Notes: generated by a model not told the origin, from the sequence alone. 41,359 nt of DNA from Minisyncoccia bacterium (GCA_038247045.1 JBBRVK010000002.1:1-41359); one strand, 5' to 3'. Shown: positions 16,595 through 24,706, numbered from the stretch's first letter. A program made the numbers and translations.

Positions 16595-17362
16595 TTATAT
16601 TTTCGTTAGAATTTCCGCTTCACCATCTGTAATTAAAATTGTATGCTCAAAGTGGGCAGAACGAGAACCATCAGAAGTCTTAATAGTCCAACCATCAGCC
16701 ATACTAACGATTCCATCTTTCCCGATATTTAACATTGGTTCGATTGCAATAACCATATTTTTTACCAATTTCTGACCTTTCCCTGCCTTACCATAATTTG
16801 GAATATATGGGTCTTCATGTATTTTAACCCCTACTCCGTGCCCAGCAAGTTCTCTCACAATACCATATTTTCGATTAACAAATGATTCAATCGCGTGACC
16901 TATATCACCAACCGTAGCACCTCCATTTGCGGCCCAAATACCGATTTCTAGGGCTTTTTGTGTTGCAGTGAGTAGTTCTTTATCAATCTTAGATATCTTG
17001 CCTACAGGGACAGTAACAGCATGATCGGTAAAAAGTCCCTTGTATTTGATACCAAGGTCAAGAGACACAATATCGCCTTCTTTTAAAATTTTAGATTTTT
17101 TGGGAATTCCATGAACAATCTCATTATTTACAGAAATACAGATTGTGGCAGGAAAAGGACTAGGTGCTCCATCTGGTCTATAATTTAAGAAAGCGGGTTC
17201 TGCCCCAGCCTCTTTTATTAAATCATAGGCGTATTTATCGAGTTCGTGAGTAGAAAGACCAGGGGCCACTTTTTTAGCGGTTTTTTTTAAAACTTGAGCG
17301 AGTATTTTTCCCCCTTCTCGAATAATGTCTATTTGTTCTTTTGTTTTGATTATAATTGCCAT
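16595..17362 (-). CDS. map: Type I methionine aminopeptidase
   Basis: 255 aa. IKTKEQIDIIREGGKI..., metal ligands in DIVSLDLG, ...HGVG..., IAIEPM order. Confidence 0.92.
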   Translation of the reverse strand: MAIIIKTKEQIDIIREGGKILAQVLKKTAKKVAPGLSTHELDKYAYDLIKEAGAEPAFLNYRPDGAPSPFPATICISVNNEIVHGIPKKSKILKEGDIVSLDLGIKYKGLFTDHAVTVPVGKISKIDKELLTATQKALEIGIWAANGGATVGDIGHAIESFVNRKYGIVRELAGHGVGVKIHEDPYIPNYGKAGKGQKLVKNMVIAIEPMLNIGKDGIVSMADGWTIKTSDGSRSAHFEHTILITDGEAEILTKI

Positions 17363-17405
17363 ATAAATTATCTTAGTTCAAAAAGGCCCAAGATGCAAAT
17401 TAAAA

Positions 17406-17444
17406 ATATTACAGCCTCAAAGCTTTGCTTTGAGGCTGTAATAT
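17406..17444 (-). terminator. Terminator (18-bp perfect stem)
   Basis: atattacagcctcaaagc ttt gctttgaggctgtaatat, followed by a T-run on the minus strand. Confidence 0.65.
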
Positions 17445-17446
17445 TT

Positions 17447-17471
17447 AATTCTTAATTCTTAATTCTTAATT
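17447..17471. repeat. Tandem heptamer (aattctt) x 3.5
   Basis: aattctt aattctt aattctt aatt. The last unit overlaps the stop codon of the upstream gene. Confidence 0.8.
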
Positions 17472-18156
17472 ACCTTACCGTTGTTCCAATAAATTTTTTT
17501 CCATCTAAATAATTTTTCAAATTTTCTATATTTCTGCCATTCATAATGACAACTTCTAATTTTGCAGATTCCGCTTCTTCTGCCGCGATTGGATCAAAAG
17601 GTGAACTTAATCCCGGTTGCCACTCTGTTGGTAATAGAGTTCTAAAATCTGGCCAGGTAGAATTTTTTATTGCTTTTGCTTCAGGGAATTTTTTCGGATC
17701 TTTATCGTATACAAAATCAATATTTGATAAATTTAAAACTTTTTTAGCTGAAACACCAAAAGCACAATGAACAGCCGCAAGGTCACTACTATTCCCTGAC
17801 TTCCACCCCCCACCTAAAATAATTGGTTTATCTGTTGGTGGAATATTATCTGGATCCATAATAATATTTTTATAAGCATAATCTCCAAAAGCAATTCGAA
17901 CAAGCTCAGCGTTTAAACGAGTTGTAGCAATCCCCAACCAATCAAGATCCTTCTTGCTTGGGCTCCCCAATGAAGCTGCAATCTTATTGTAATCACGACA
18001 CAACTTACCACCACCGGTGATAATAACAAAACGATAACCATGATCTACGTATGATTTAATTGTGTCAGTAAAATTTTTAATGAAAGAAGTATCAACTTGC
18101 TCTGGAACAATGATAGCTCCTCCTAAAGATATAACTATGTATTCATTATTTATCAT
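17470..18156 (-). CDS. pyrH: Amino-acid-kinase-fold protein, archaeal-type UMP kinase-like
   Basis: 228 aa. VISLGGAIIVPE...RFVIITGGGKLCRDY...ILGGGWKSGNSSD. Inserted between adk and map. Confidence 0.7.
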   Translation of the reverse strand: MINNEYIVISLGGAIIVPEQVDTSFIKNFTDTIKSYVDHGYRFVIITGGGKLCRDYNKIAASLGSPSKKDLDWLGIATTRLNAELVRIAFGDYAYKNIIMDPDNIPPTDKPIILGGGWKSGNSSDLAAVHCAFGVSAKKVLNLSNIDFVYDKDPKKFPEAKAIKNSTWPDFRTLLPTEWQPGLSSPFDPIAAEEAESAKLEVVIMNGRNIENLKNYLDGKKFIGTTVR

Positions 18157-18158
18157 AA

Positions 18159-18761
18159 TTAAATAGATAAACCAATTGATTTGATAATATCTTGATGAAC
18201 TTCTTCAATTGTTTGCTCTCCATTAATTTTATATATAGTATAACCATCTTTATTGTTAAAATACTCCATCGAGGGAATGACATTGTTCACATATTCATCA
18301 AAACGGTTAGCAATAGCCTCGTCAGTATCATCAGACCTAGCACGGAGTTTCATTCTTTTTACAGCTTCTTCTTTGCTTAATTCTATATAAATAATTTTAA
18401 CATCATGATGATTATAGAATTTCATCATATGGTCAAAAGCTTCAGACTGATTAACAGTGCGAGGAAAACCATCAGCAATCAATGTTGAATTTTCTTTAAT
18501 GTTAGAGGCTAGAATATTTGTTAATAAACCAATTGTTAAAAAATCTGGTTGTAAAAATCCCTTCTCGAGATTTATTTTAATAATTTTACTTGTATAATCA
18601 TCTCTGCCAATTATTTTTCTATATTCATTTCCAGGAGAAAGAAATAAAACATCAGATGATGAATCTATTTCTTTTATGTGTTTTTGTAATAATTCAACTT
18701 GTGTCCCCTTACCCGAACCAACTATTCCAAAAAATATAAATGCTTGTGGTTTATTTATCAT
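18159..18761 (-). CDS. adk: Adenylate kinase
   Basis: 200 aa. P-loop FGIVGSGKGTQ, DGFPRT motif. Canonical position after secY. Confidence 0.85.
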   Translation of the reverse strand: MINKPQAFIFFGIVGSGKGTQVELLQKHIKEIDSSSDVLFLSPGNEYRKIIGRDDYTSKIIKINLEKGFLQPDFLTIGLLTNILASNIKENSTLIADGFPRTVNQSEAFDHMMKFYNHHDVKIIYIELSKEEAVKRMKLRARSDDTDEAIANRFDEYVNNVIPSMEYFNNKDGYTIYKINGEQTIEEVHQDIIKSIGLSI

Positions 18762-18795
18762 ATTCTTCTATTATATACTAAAAATGCTCAGACAT

Positions 18796-18823
18796 AAAAA
18801 AAGACCCAAAATAGGTCTTTTTT
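18796..18823 (-). terminator. Terminator-like hairpin after secY
   Basis: aaaaaaagaccc aaaata ggtcttttttt, overlapping the secY stop. Confidence 0.5.
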
Positions 18824-20093
18824 AATACTCTCTCATTGATAATTGTGCTTCTATTTTCTTAATTAAATCCAAAACAACGGAAACGACAATGAGCAAGGCA
18901 GTACCTCCAATAGCAAAAGCAGTTATTCCAGTGATGGCTCTCATAATAAGAGGAAGGACAGCAATAACACCAAGGAATACAGCACCAATGGTCGTTATAC
19001 GTGTTAAAATTTTCTCAACATAATCACGAGTGGCTGGTCCTGGACGAATTCCGGGAATGAAAGCACCATTTTTTTGGAGATTAGTTGCAAGTTGTTCTGG
19101 GTCGAAAGTAACGGCCGTATAGAAATATGTAAATAAGAATACAAACAGGAAATAGAAAATAGAATAAATCCAAGTATTACCAACAAACCACAACAATCCA
19201 CCAGATATAGAATGTAGTATAGGATTGGTCATTCCAGCAAGAGCATTACCAACAAGCTGAGGAAAAAGTAAGATAGAGAGAGCAAAAATTATTGGAATAA
19301 CTCCAGCTTGGTTAACACGCAATGGTAAGTATGTTTGAGTTCCCCCGGCAATATGGTCACCTCTAACTTGTTTAGCATAAGTCACAGGAATAGGTCTCTC
19401 GGCTTCTGTGACAACAACAACTCCAGCAACGATTAGAACACCAACAGCTAAGAATAATATATAAAGTGGTAAACTAGCGATATTGAAAGTGAATAGGAAT
19501 TGTGAGAATTCTTTTGGAATATTTGCCACAATACCAGCGAAGATGATTAAAGAAATTCCATTACCAATTCCAAATTCAGAAATTAATTCACCAATCCACA
19601 TGATTAACATAGAACCAGCTACGATAACAGATAGATTAGCCATCATTCCAAACATAGAGATATCACCTAATATACCTTGTTGTTTTAGTATTATAAGCAA
19701 ACTAAATCCTTGAACAATAGCAAGTGGAACTGTCAGCATACGACTTAGTTGGGTAAATTTTTTACGTCCAACTTCACCATCCTCTTGATACATAGCTTTT
19801 AGTTTTGGTGACATGATCGTCAACAACTGCATGATAATAGAACCTGTAATATAAGGACCAACACCAAGCATCAAAATTGAAAGAGTAGAAAGTCCACCAC
19901 CGGAGAACATATTAAGAACTCCTAAAAATTGATTGTTGTTTATGAAAGTTTGAAGACGAAGTGTATCAATACCAGGAATTGGAATTGCAGAAAGAAGACG
20001 AAAAATAACTAAGGCACCAAGAACAAACAGGACACGAGTTCGTAGTGCCCTGTCCGTAAAAATCATTTTAATCTTGTTCCAGACTGTTTCCAT
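18822..20093 (-). CDS. secY: Preprotein translocase subunit SecY
   Basis: 423 aa, 10 TM-like segments. LGVGPYITGSIIMQLL and GNGISLIIFAGI motifs. Follows rplO. Confidence 0.95.
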   Translation of the reverse strand: METVWNKIKMIFTDRALRTRVLFVLGALVIFRLLSAIPIPGIDTLRLQTFINNNQFLGVLNMFSGGGLSTLSILMLGVGPYITGSIIMQLLTIMSPKLKAMYQEDGEVGRKKFTQLSRMLTVPLAIVQGFSLLIILKQQGILGDISMFGMMANLSVIVAGSMLIMWIGELISEFGIGNGISLIIFAGIVANIPKEFSQFLFTFNIASLPLYILFLAVGVLIVAGVVVVTEAERPIPVTYAKQVRGDHIAGGTQTYLPLRVNQAGVIPIIFALSILLFPQLVGNALAGMTNPILHSISGGLLWFVGNTWIYSIFYFLFVFLFTYFYTAVTFDPEQLATNLQKNGAFIPGIRPGPATRDYVEKILTRITTIGAVFLGVIAVLPLIMRAITGITAFAIGGTALLIVVSVVLDLIKKIEAQLSMREY

Positions 20094-20094
20094 T

Positions 20095-20523
20095 TTATTT
20101 TATACTTCCACCAACTTTTTCAATTTTAGCTTGAGCTGGCTTAGACACGATACAATTTTCAACTACTATTTTTATAGAAATATCTCCATTGCCTAGAATC
20201 TTAACAGATGGAAACTTACCACCAACTCGGCGAATAAGATTTTTTTCAAATAAAGTTGCAGGACTTACTATAGAATTTGGAGTAAAAACATTAAGAGATC
20301 CGACATTTACTGGAGTAGGCTTTGTTTCTGCAGAGTTGAAGCGGTAACCACGAAGCTTAGGAATCTTTTTGATAAAATCACGAATTTCTGGACGACGCTT
20401 GTTACCAGCACGGGCTGTTTGACCCTTACCTCCGCGACCAGATGTTTTACCACGAGTACCACCACGACCAACTAGTCTTGCTTTTTTATTTGGATGTTCT
20501 CTTTTTAATGTGTTTAATTGCAT
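20095..20523 (-). CDS. rplO: 50S ribosomal protein L15
   Basis: 142 aa. LVGRGGTRGKTSGRGGKGQTARAG. Lies between rpsE and secY. Confidence 0.93.
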   Translation of the reverse strand: MQLNTLKREHPNKKARLVGRGGTRGKTSGRGGKGQTARAGNKRRPEIRDFIKKIPKLRGYRFNSAETKPTPVNVGSLNVFTPNSIVSPATLFEKNLIRRVGGKFPSVKILGNGDISIKIVVENCIVSKPAQAKIEKVGGSIK

Positions 20524-20530
20524 AAAATTT

Positions 20531-21211
20531 TTATTTAACTATTTCTTGAGCTGCTTCTTTAACTTCAGCCTTAGCTTCAACTTCTTGCTCTGCTATGAAA
20601 GCAGCAACCTTAGGAAGTGAGGCAGAAGCTTTTAATTGATAAAGGGTCTTATAAGCAACACGAGCATTATTTAATTTATTCTTACTTCCAGAATGAAGCT
20701 TAGCGGTAATATTTTTAAGGCCAGCAAGGATCAACATATCACGAACAGTACTTCCTGCAACTAATCCCTTACCACGGTTTGCCATCATTGTTAGTTTTGA
20801 ACTTGAAAATTTAGCAGATACTTCATGAGGTATAGACATTTCTTTTGTTGTCTTAATCTTGAACATATTTTTCTTTGCTTGACGAAGTGCCTTAGCAATA
20901 GCAATAGCTGTGTCACCTCCCTTTCCTGTTCCAAGACCGATTGAGCCTTTCTTGTCTCCAATAGCAAGAGCTACAGCAAATGTCATACGACGTCCCCCAG
21001 CAACGACACGAGTAACACGACGAATTGAAACCATTTTCTGGTCAAATTCTGGTTTTGGTTTCTCAAAAAATGATCGAGGTTTACGGTCACCTCCCTCACG
21101 CTTGTTGTTATTTCCACGATATCCAGAAGTTACGCCTCGTGGATTAGTAGAAGTAGCACTTCTTGGTGTTGTTGTAGTTGGTGTATGTTGTTTTGGTTTT
21201 GTTGTATCCAT
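20531..21211 (-). CDS. rpsE: 30S ribosomal protein S5 with a ~60-aa low-complexity N-terminal extension
   Basis: 226 aa. Core RRVTRVVAGGRRMTFAVALAIGDKKGSIGLGTGKG. N-terminus is T/P/R/G-rich. Confidence 0.93.
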   Translation of the reverse strand: MDTTKPKQHTPTTTTPRSATSTNPRGVTSGYRGNNNKREGGDRKPRSFFEKPKPEFDQKMVSIRRVTRVVAGGRRMTFAVALAIGDKKGSIGLGTGKGGDTAIAIAKALRQAKKNMFKIKTTKEMSIPHEVSAKFSSSKLTMMANRGKGLVAGSTVRDMLILAGLKNITAKLHSGSKNKLNNARVAYKTLYQLKASASLPKVAAFIAEQEVEAKAEVKEAAQEIVK

Positions 21212-21219
21212 ATATTTTA

Positions 21220-21561
21220 TTAAAATTTAAGGCCTGAAGCACGAGCAGAATCTGCTAACGCTTTAATACGACCAGTATATTTAAATCCATTACGATCAAA
21301 TACGCAAGATTTTATTCCTTTTGCATTTGAAGCTTTTGCAATATTAGCACCAGTTGAAACTGAACGTTCTGTCTTTGTTCCAGTTTTAACCTCTAAATCA
21401 GAAGCTGAAGCTAAAGTCACGCTCTTTGAATCATCTATCATTTGAGCATAGATATAATTATTCGAACGGAAAACAGAAAGGCGAGGACATTCTGAAGTAC
21501 CAAATATCTTTGTGCGAATCTTTTTCTTAAGTCTTAATCTTTTTTCTAATTTTTTGTTCAT
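21220..21561 (-). CDS. rplR: 50S ribosomal protein L18
   Basis: 113 aa. [19 protein letters not shown]...[13 protein letters not shown]. Confidence 0.93.
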   Translation of the reverse strand: MNKKLEKRLRLKKKIRTKIFGTSECPRLSVFRSNNYIYAQMIDDSKSVTLASASDLEVKTGTKTERSVSTGANIAKASNAKGIKSCVFDRNGFKYTGRIKALADSARASGLKF

Positions 21562-21591
21562 ATATTTATTTTAATAGTTGCTATTTTTTAA

Positions 21592-22128
21592 TTAAGCAGC
21601 TTTTTTACCTTGCTTACGACGAATAACTTCATCGGAATAACGGAAACCCTTACCTTTATAAGGTTCTGGCTTTTTCATTGATCGAACTGATGCAGTAAAA
21701 GAACCAACTAACTCTTTATCAATACCAATAATGGTAATGTTGTTCTTCTCAGCTGTAACAGTTAATCCTTCTGGAATTACTATTTTTACAGGGTGAGAAA
21801 AACCAAGAGCAAGATTGAAAGATTTTCCAACTACTTCTGATTTAAAACCAACCCCTTCCAATATAAGTTTTTTTGTATATCCCTCATTTACGCCGATAAC
21901 CATATTCTTCACATGAGAAGCATATGTTCCCCATAGTGAATTGATTGATCGGTCTCCTATTTTATTTGGAGTAAAAGTAATTTCGTTTCCAGCGATATTG
22001 ATTGTGACCTGTCCAGGGAAATTTCTTACAAGTGTACCTTTTGGTCCTTTTACTGTAAGTGTCGTGCCAGAGAGATTAACCTCTGTACCTGCGGGAACTA
22101 TAACTGTTTGTTTTCCAATACGTGACAT
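21592..22128 (-). CDS. rplF: 50S ribosomal protein L6
   Basis: 178 aa. MSRIGKQTVIVPAGTEV...PEPYKGKGFRY. Confidence 0.93.
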   Translation of the reverse strand: MSRIGKQTVIVPAGTEVNLSGTTLTVKGPKGTLVRNFPGQVTINIAGNEITFTPNKIGDRSINSLWGTYASHVKNMVIGVNEGYTKKLILEGVGFKSEVVGKSFNLALGFSHPVKIVIPEGLTVTAEKNNITIIGIDKELVGSFTASVRSMKKPEPYKGKGFRYSDEVIRRKQGKKAA

Positions 22129-22142
22129 ATATTTATTTTAAA

Positions 22143-22529
22143 TTACCACATTCTAAACAATACTTCTCCTCCGACCATTTCTTTGCGTGCTTGTTTGTCT
22201 GTCAAAATTCCTTTTGGTGTTGTATAAACAGTCATCCCATAACCACTTCTTGTAGTTCTGATATCCTTAACACCTTTATAGACACGGCATGATGACTTTG
22301 AAACGCGTTCTACTTCTGATATTTTTGGTTTACCGTCAACGTAAGCTATGCCAAGTTCAAGAGTAGGAAAACCTTTTTTCATTTTCTTTGAAACTGAAGC
22401 TAGATAGCCTTCTTTAACTAAACAATCTGCAATTGCGTGTTTTATTTTGGAATATGGAACAACGACGAATTCGTGCTCTGCACGTCCGGCATTTTTTAAC
22501 ATATTCACCATGTTTGCTATTTGATCCAT
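22143..22529 (-). CDS. rpsH: 30S ribosomal protein S8
   Basis: 128 aa. DQIANMVNMLKNA...GGEVLFRMW. Confidence 0.93.
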   Translation of the reverse strand: MDQIANMVNMLKNAGRAEHEFVVVPYSKIKHAIADCLVKEGYLASVSKKMKKGFPTLELGIAYVDGKPKISEVERVSKSSCRVYKGVKDIRTTRSGYGMTVYTTPKGILTDKQARKEMVGGEVLFRMW

Positions 22530-22542
22530 AATTTTATTTGTT

Positions 22543-22599
22543 CCATAGGTCCGACCTAGGGCCTTTAATTTATCTTTTGCCCCTAGGTCGGACCTATGG
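22543..22599 (-). promoter_or_regulatory. Large hairpin (19-bp perfect stem, 19-nt loop) in the rpsN-rpsH intergenic region
   Basis: ccataggtccgacctaggg / ccctaggtcggacctatgg. No U-tract follows on the minus strand, and it ends 13 nt before the rpsH ATG. Confidence 0.6.
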
Positions 22600-22610
22600 G
22601 CCTTATTTAA

Positions 22611-22796
22611 TTACCAACTTGATTTACGTACTCCAGGAAGCATACCTTCGTTTGCTAGTTCACGGAAACAAATACGACATAGACCGAAGTCTCTCATATA
22701 TGCATGACCGCGTGAACAACGAAAACAACGATTTGTTTCTCGTGTACTAAATTTTGACTTTTTTAAATGTCTTACGGTTACTGATGTTTTTGCCAT
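22611..22796 (-). CDS. rpsN: 30S ribosomal protein S14, zinc-binding type Z
   Basis: 61 aa. [23 protein letters not shown] (CxxC...CxxC). Confidence 0.93.
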   Translation of the reverse strand: MAKTSVTVRHLKKSKFSTRETNRCFRCSRGHAYMRDFGLCRICFRELANEGMLPGVRKSSW

Positions 22797-22914
22797 AATT
22801 AATTAGCTTAAGAGTTAATCTCTCCATAAGAATTGATATCTTGTTTATTTTCTTAAACTCTTGGCAATTCCAAGGACTTAAGGAGACAAACAGATCTAAA
22901 ACTCATGTCCCCCT

Positions 22915-22943
22915 ATACTAGCAGATGGGGGGTTGGATGTCAA
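22915..22943 (-). promoter_or_regulatory. Restart promoter for rpsN-rpsH-...-secY
   Basis: Minus strand TTGACA - 17 nt - TGcTAGTAT (extended -10). About 110-nt leader to the rpsN ATG. Confidence 0.5.
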
Positions 22944-22982
22944 CAAAAAAGCTATCAAACAGGATATTCCTTTGTTTGATAG
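22944..22982 (-). terminator. Terminator of the 62-aa gene
   Basis: ctatcaaaca / tgtttgatag 10-bp stem followed by T6 on the minus strand. Sequence-related to the terminator at 23362-23403. Confidence 0.6.
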
Positions 22983-22992
22983 TTTAATAATT

Positions 22993-23181
22993 TTAATTAA
23001 AGAAAAGTAAGTATAAGAATGAACCAATAATAGCCACAAGAAACAATATACCAAGATAGGATACATTTAATTCTTTGTTTACAACCTTCTCTTCTTCTTC
23101 CAAAAGAAGAAGCCTCTTATTGTTGACCTCAATCATTTTGTCAATAATTTCTATTTTTTGATCTATAAAAGAACTGTTCAT
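22993..23181 (-). CDS. Small tail-anchored membrane protein (hypothetical)
   Basis: 62 aa. Coiled-coil-like N-terminus and a C-terminal TM segment GILFLVAIIGSFLYLLFF. Confidence 0.5.
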   Translation of the reverse strand: MNSSFIDQKIEIIDKMIEVNNKRLLLLEEEEKVVNKELNVSYLGILFLVAIIGSFLYLLFFN

Positions 23182-23288
23182 GATTTTAATTTTTAGTGAA
23201 TATTTAAATTGTTAACTGTTTTAAAAGCTCATAAAACCCTTGAAAATCCTCACACCCGGTGTGGGAATTTGAGCACTAAATCCTCAAT

Positions 23289-23361
23289 CCCCTGACCTTA
23301 GTTCGGGGAAACCCTTATAATATAATCCTTCTTCACATAGAACCTAAAGCTCTATCTGAAG
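23289..23361. repeat. Composite hairpin-TATAAT-hairpin element, degenerate copy C
   Basis: cccctgaccttagttcgggg aaacccttataatataatcc ...catagaacctaaagctctatctgaag aligns with copies A and B. Confidence 0.6.
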
Positions 23362-23403
23362 AAAATAAAAACCCACCAAACAGGAAGGTCCTTATTTGGT
23401 AGG
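23362..23403 (-). terminator. Terminator of the 175-aa gene
   Basis: Minus strand cctaccaaa...tttggtggg (one G-U pair) followed by tttttatttt. Confidence 0.55.
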
Positions 23404-23443
23404 TTGCAATTTAATCATTAAAACTTAGGAGATAAAATTTCTC

Positions 23444-23971
23444 CTAACCTTTTAAAAAAGAAACAATAAAGTAAAGAAATATAACCATAGCCCATAGTGC
23501 AATACCAAAGGGCCAAAAAGTTAAACTGATAATTCCAGTCAATATCCCTACTATAAATCTTTCCTCTAAATATTTTTTAATATTTACTATATTTGAATTA
23601 GGATATATTATAGACAAATCATCATCAATTTTTTCTGTATTTACCATTTTCTCATTTATCATTGTTCGGATAACTTCATCTATTTCCGATTCTGTATAAT
23701 AAGTAAATGGTATTATTGAAATATAATTCTTACTCTCACTATGATAATCCGAATTAGAATGAGCAAGCCAGAGAATGGATTGCCTTGGCCAAATTAACAA
23801 GATCGGAATCAAAACCTTCCATGGAATCTTGTCGTTTAAAACCGGGTATTTCTGAGCTATCTTTTTTTTAATTAAAACCCTGAACCAGTAATTGGTTTTT
23901 AAAGTTATAATTCCCCAACCAATAGCTAACCAGCAAAAAGAAATTAATAAAATAATAATCGTTGTTTCCAT
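23444..23971 (-). CDS. Hypothetical integral membrane protein (175 aa)
   Basis: N-terminal TM, a further hydrophobic segment and a C-terminal double TM. No family recognised. Confidence 0.6.
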   Translation of the reverse strand: METTIIILLISFCWLAIGWGIITLKTNYWFRVLIKKKIAQKYPVLNDKIPWKVLIPILLIWPRQSILWLAHSNSDYHSESKNYISIIPFTYYTESEIDEVIRTMINEKMVNTEKIDDDLSIIYPNSNIVNIKKYLEERFIVGILTGIISLTFWPFGIALWAMVIFLYFIVSFLKG

Positions 23972-24006
23972 AATAATATTTGTTATTAAATTAATGAATA
24001 TAAAAA

Positions 24007-24060
24007 TAAATTAGTTTTTTAAATCTCTTTTACACAAAAGGGGCTCAAAAAACTAATTTA
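24007..24060. promoter_or_regulatory. 5'-leader inverted repeat IR-1 (14-bp arms), paralogous to IR-2
   Basis: taaattagtttttt - 26 nt - aaaaaactaattta, between the promoter at 24108-24135 and the ATG at 23971. Confidence 0.55.
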
Positions 24061-24107
24061 GTTTATCATTACAATTAATCACATTTCAAAGGTCTATTTA
24101 CCATCAA

Positions 24108-24135
24108 ATAATATCATTAATAATAAATTTGTCAA
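24108..24135 (-). promoter_or_regulatory. Putative promoter of the 175-aa gene
   Basis: Minus strand TTGACA - 16 nt - TATTAT. Confidence 0.4.
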
Positions 24136-24162
24136 TAGAGTATCTAAAATTAACATCTCTAC

Positions 24163-24244
24163 CCCCTGACCCCGGGTCAGGGGAACCCTTATAATACAAT
24201 CTTTATTGCGATACCCCAGATAGGGCCTAAAGCCCTATCTGGGG
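24163..24244. repeat. Composite hairpin-TATAAT-hairpin element, copy A (82 nt)
   Basis: cccctgaccccgggtcagggg aacccttataatacaatctttattgcgata ccccagatagggcctaaagccctatctgggg. Confidence 0.75.
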
Positions 24245-24291
24245 TGGGTATTTGGAATACTATTTAAATTAGAAACAAAATACCCTATTAT

Positions 24292-24322
24292 AAAAAAATA
24301 ACGTACACCAATATGGTATACG
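24292..24322 (-). terminator. Terminator, duplicated copy 1
   Basis: Minus strand cgtatacc atatt ggtgtacg plus a T-run. Near-identical to 24643-24675. Confidence 0.6.
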
Positions 24323-24349
24323 CTATTAATTATAATTTATTGTAAACAC

Positions 24350-24494
24350 TTATTCCTTATCGGAAATGGCTTCAAGCATTTTTTCAGCAAGTAATGTTGA
24401 CCTAGTTTCATCGAGAACATAATCTTTGCTTCGAAAGATTTTCTCATTTTCTGCAAGAGTAAAATGAAAAGTTTCTCTCTTGTAACAAAATTGT
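24350..24494 (-). pseudogene. 3' fragment (~47 codons) duplicated from the 162-aa gene at 24707-25195
   Basis: Nucleotide alignment with 24707-24854 shows scattered substitutions and one 3-nt indel. It encodes ...FCYKRETFHFTLAENEKIF..DYVLDETRS.LLAEKMLEAI..., has no start codon, and homology stops exactly at repeat copy B. Confidence 0.75.
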
Positions 24495-24576
24495 GACCCC
24501 GGGTCAGGGGAACCCTTATAATATAATCTTTATTGCGACACCACCCAGATAGGGCTTAGGCCCTATCTGGGTGGTG
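24494..24576. repeat. Composite hairpin-TATAAT-hairpin element, copy B
   Basis: tgaccccgggtcagggg aacccttataatataatctttattgcga caccacccagatagggcttaggccctatctgggtggtg. Abuts the truncated gene fragment. Confidence 0.75.
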
Positions 24577-24642
24577 GAAGAAAAAAAAGGGGGAGGCATC
24601 TGGGGCGCTCCAGGAATTTTAAGCAAAATATATATTTTATTC

Positions 24643-24675
24643 AAAAAAAATAACGTACACCAAATATGGTATACG
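24643..24675 (-). terminator. Terminator of the 162-aa gene (duplicated copy 2)
   Basis: Same stem as 24292-24322, followed by T8 on the minus strand. Confidence 0.65.
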
Positions 24676-24706
24676 TTATTCGTTGTTATTTACTTAATTA
24701 GCCCTT

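Noticed and set aside
23289-24576. CRISPR array
   Set aside because: There are only three copies. The units are ~82 nt long and are complex (two hairpins plus a TATAAT). Spacing is irregular (about 870 and 330 nt), protein-coding sequence lies between them, and there are no cas genes.
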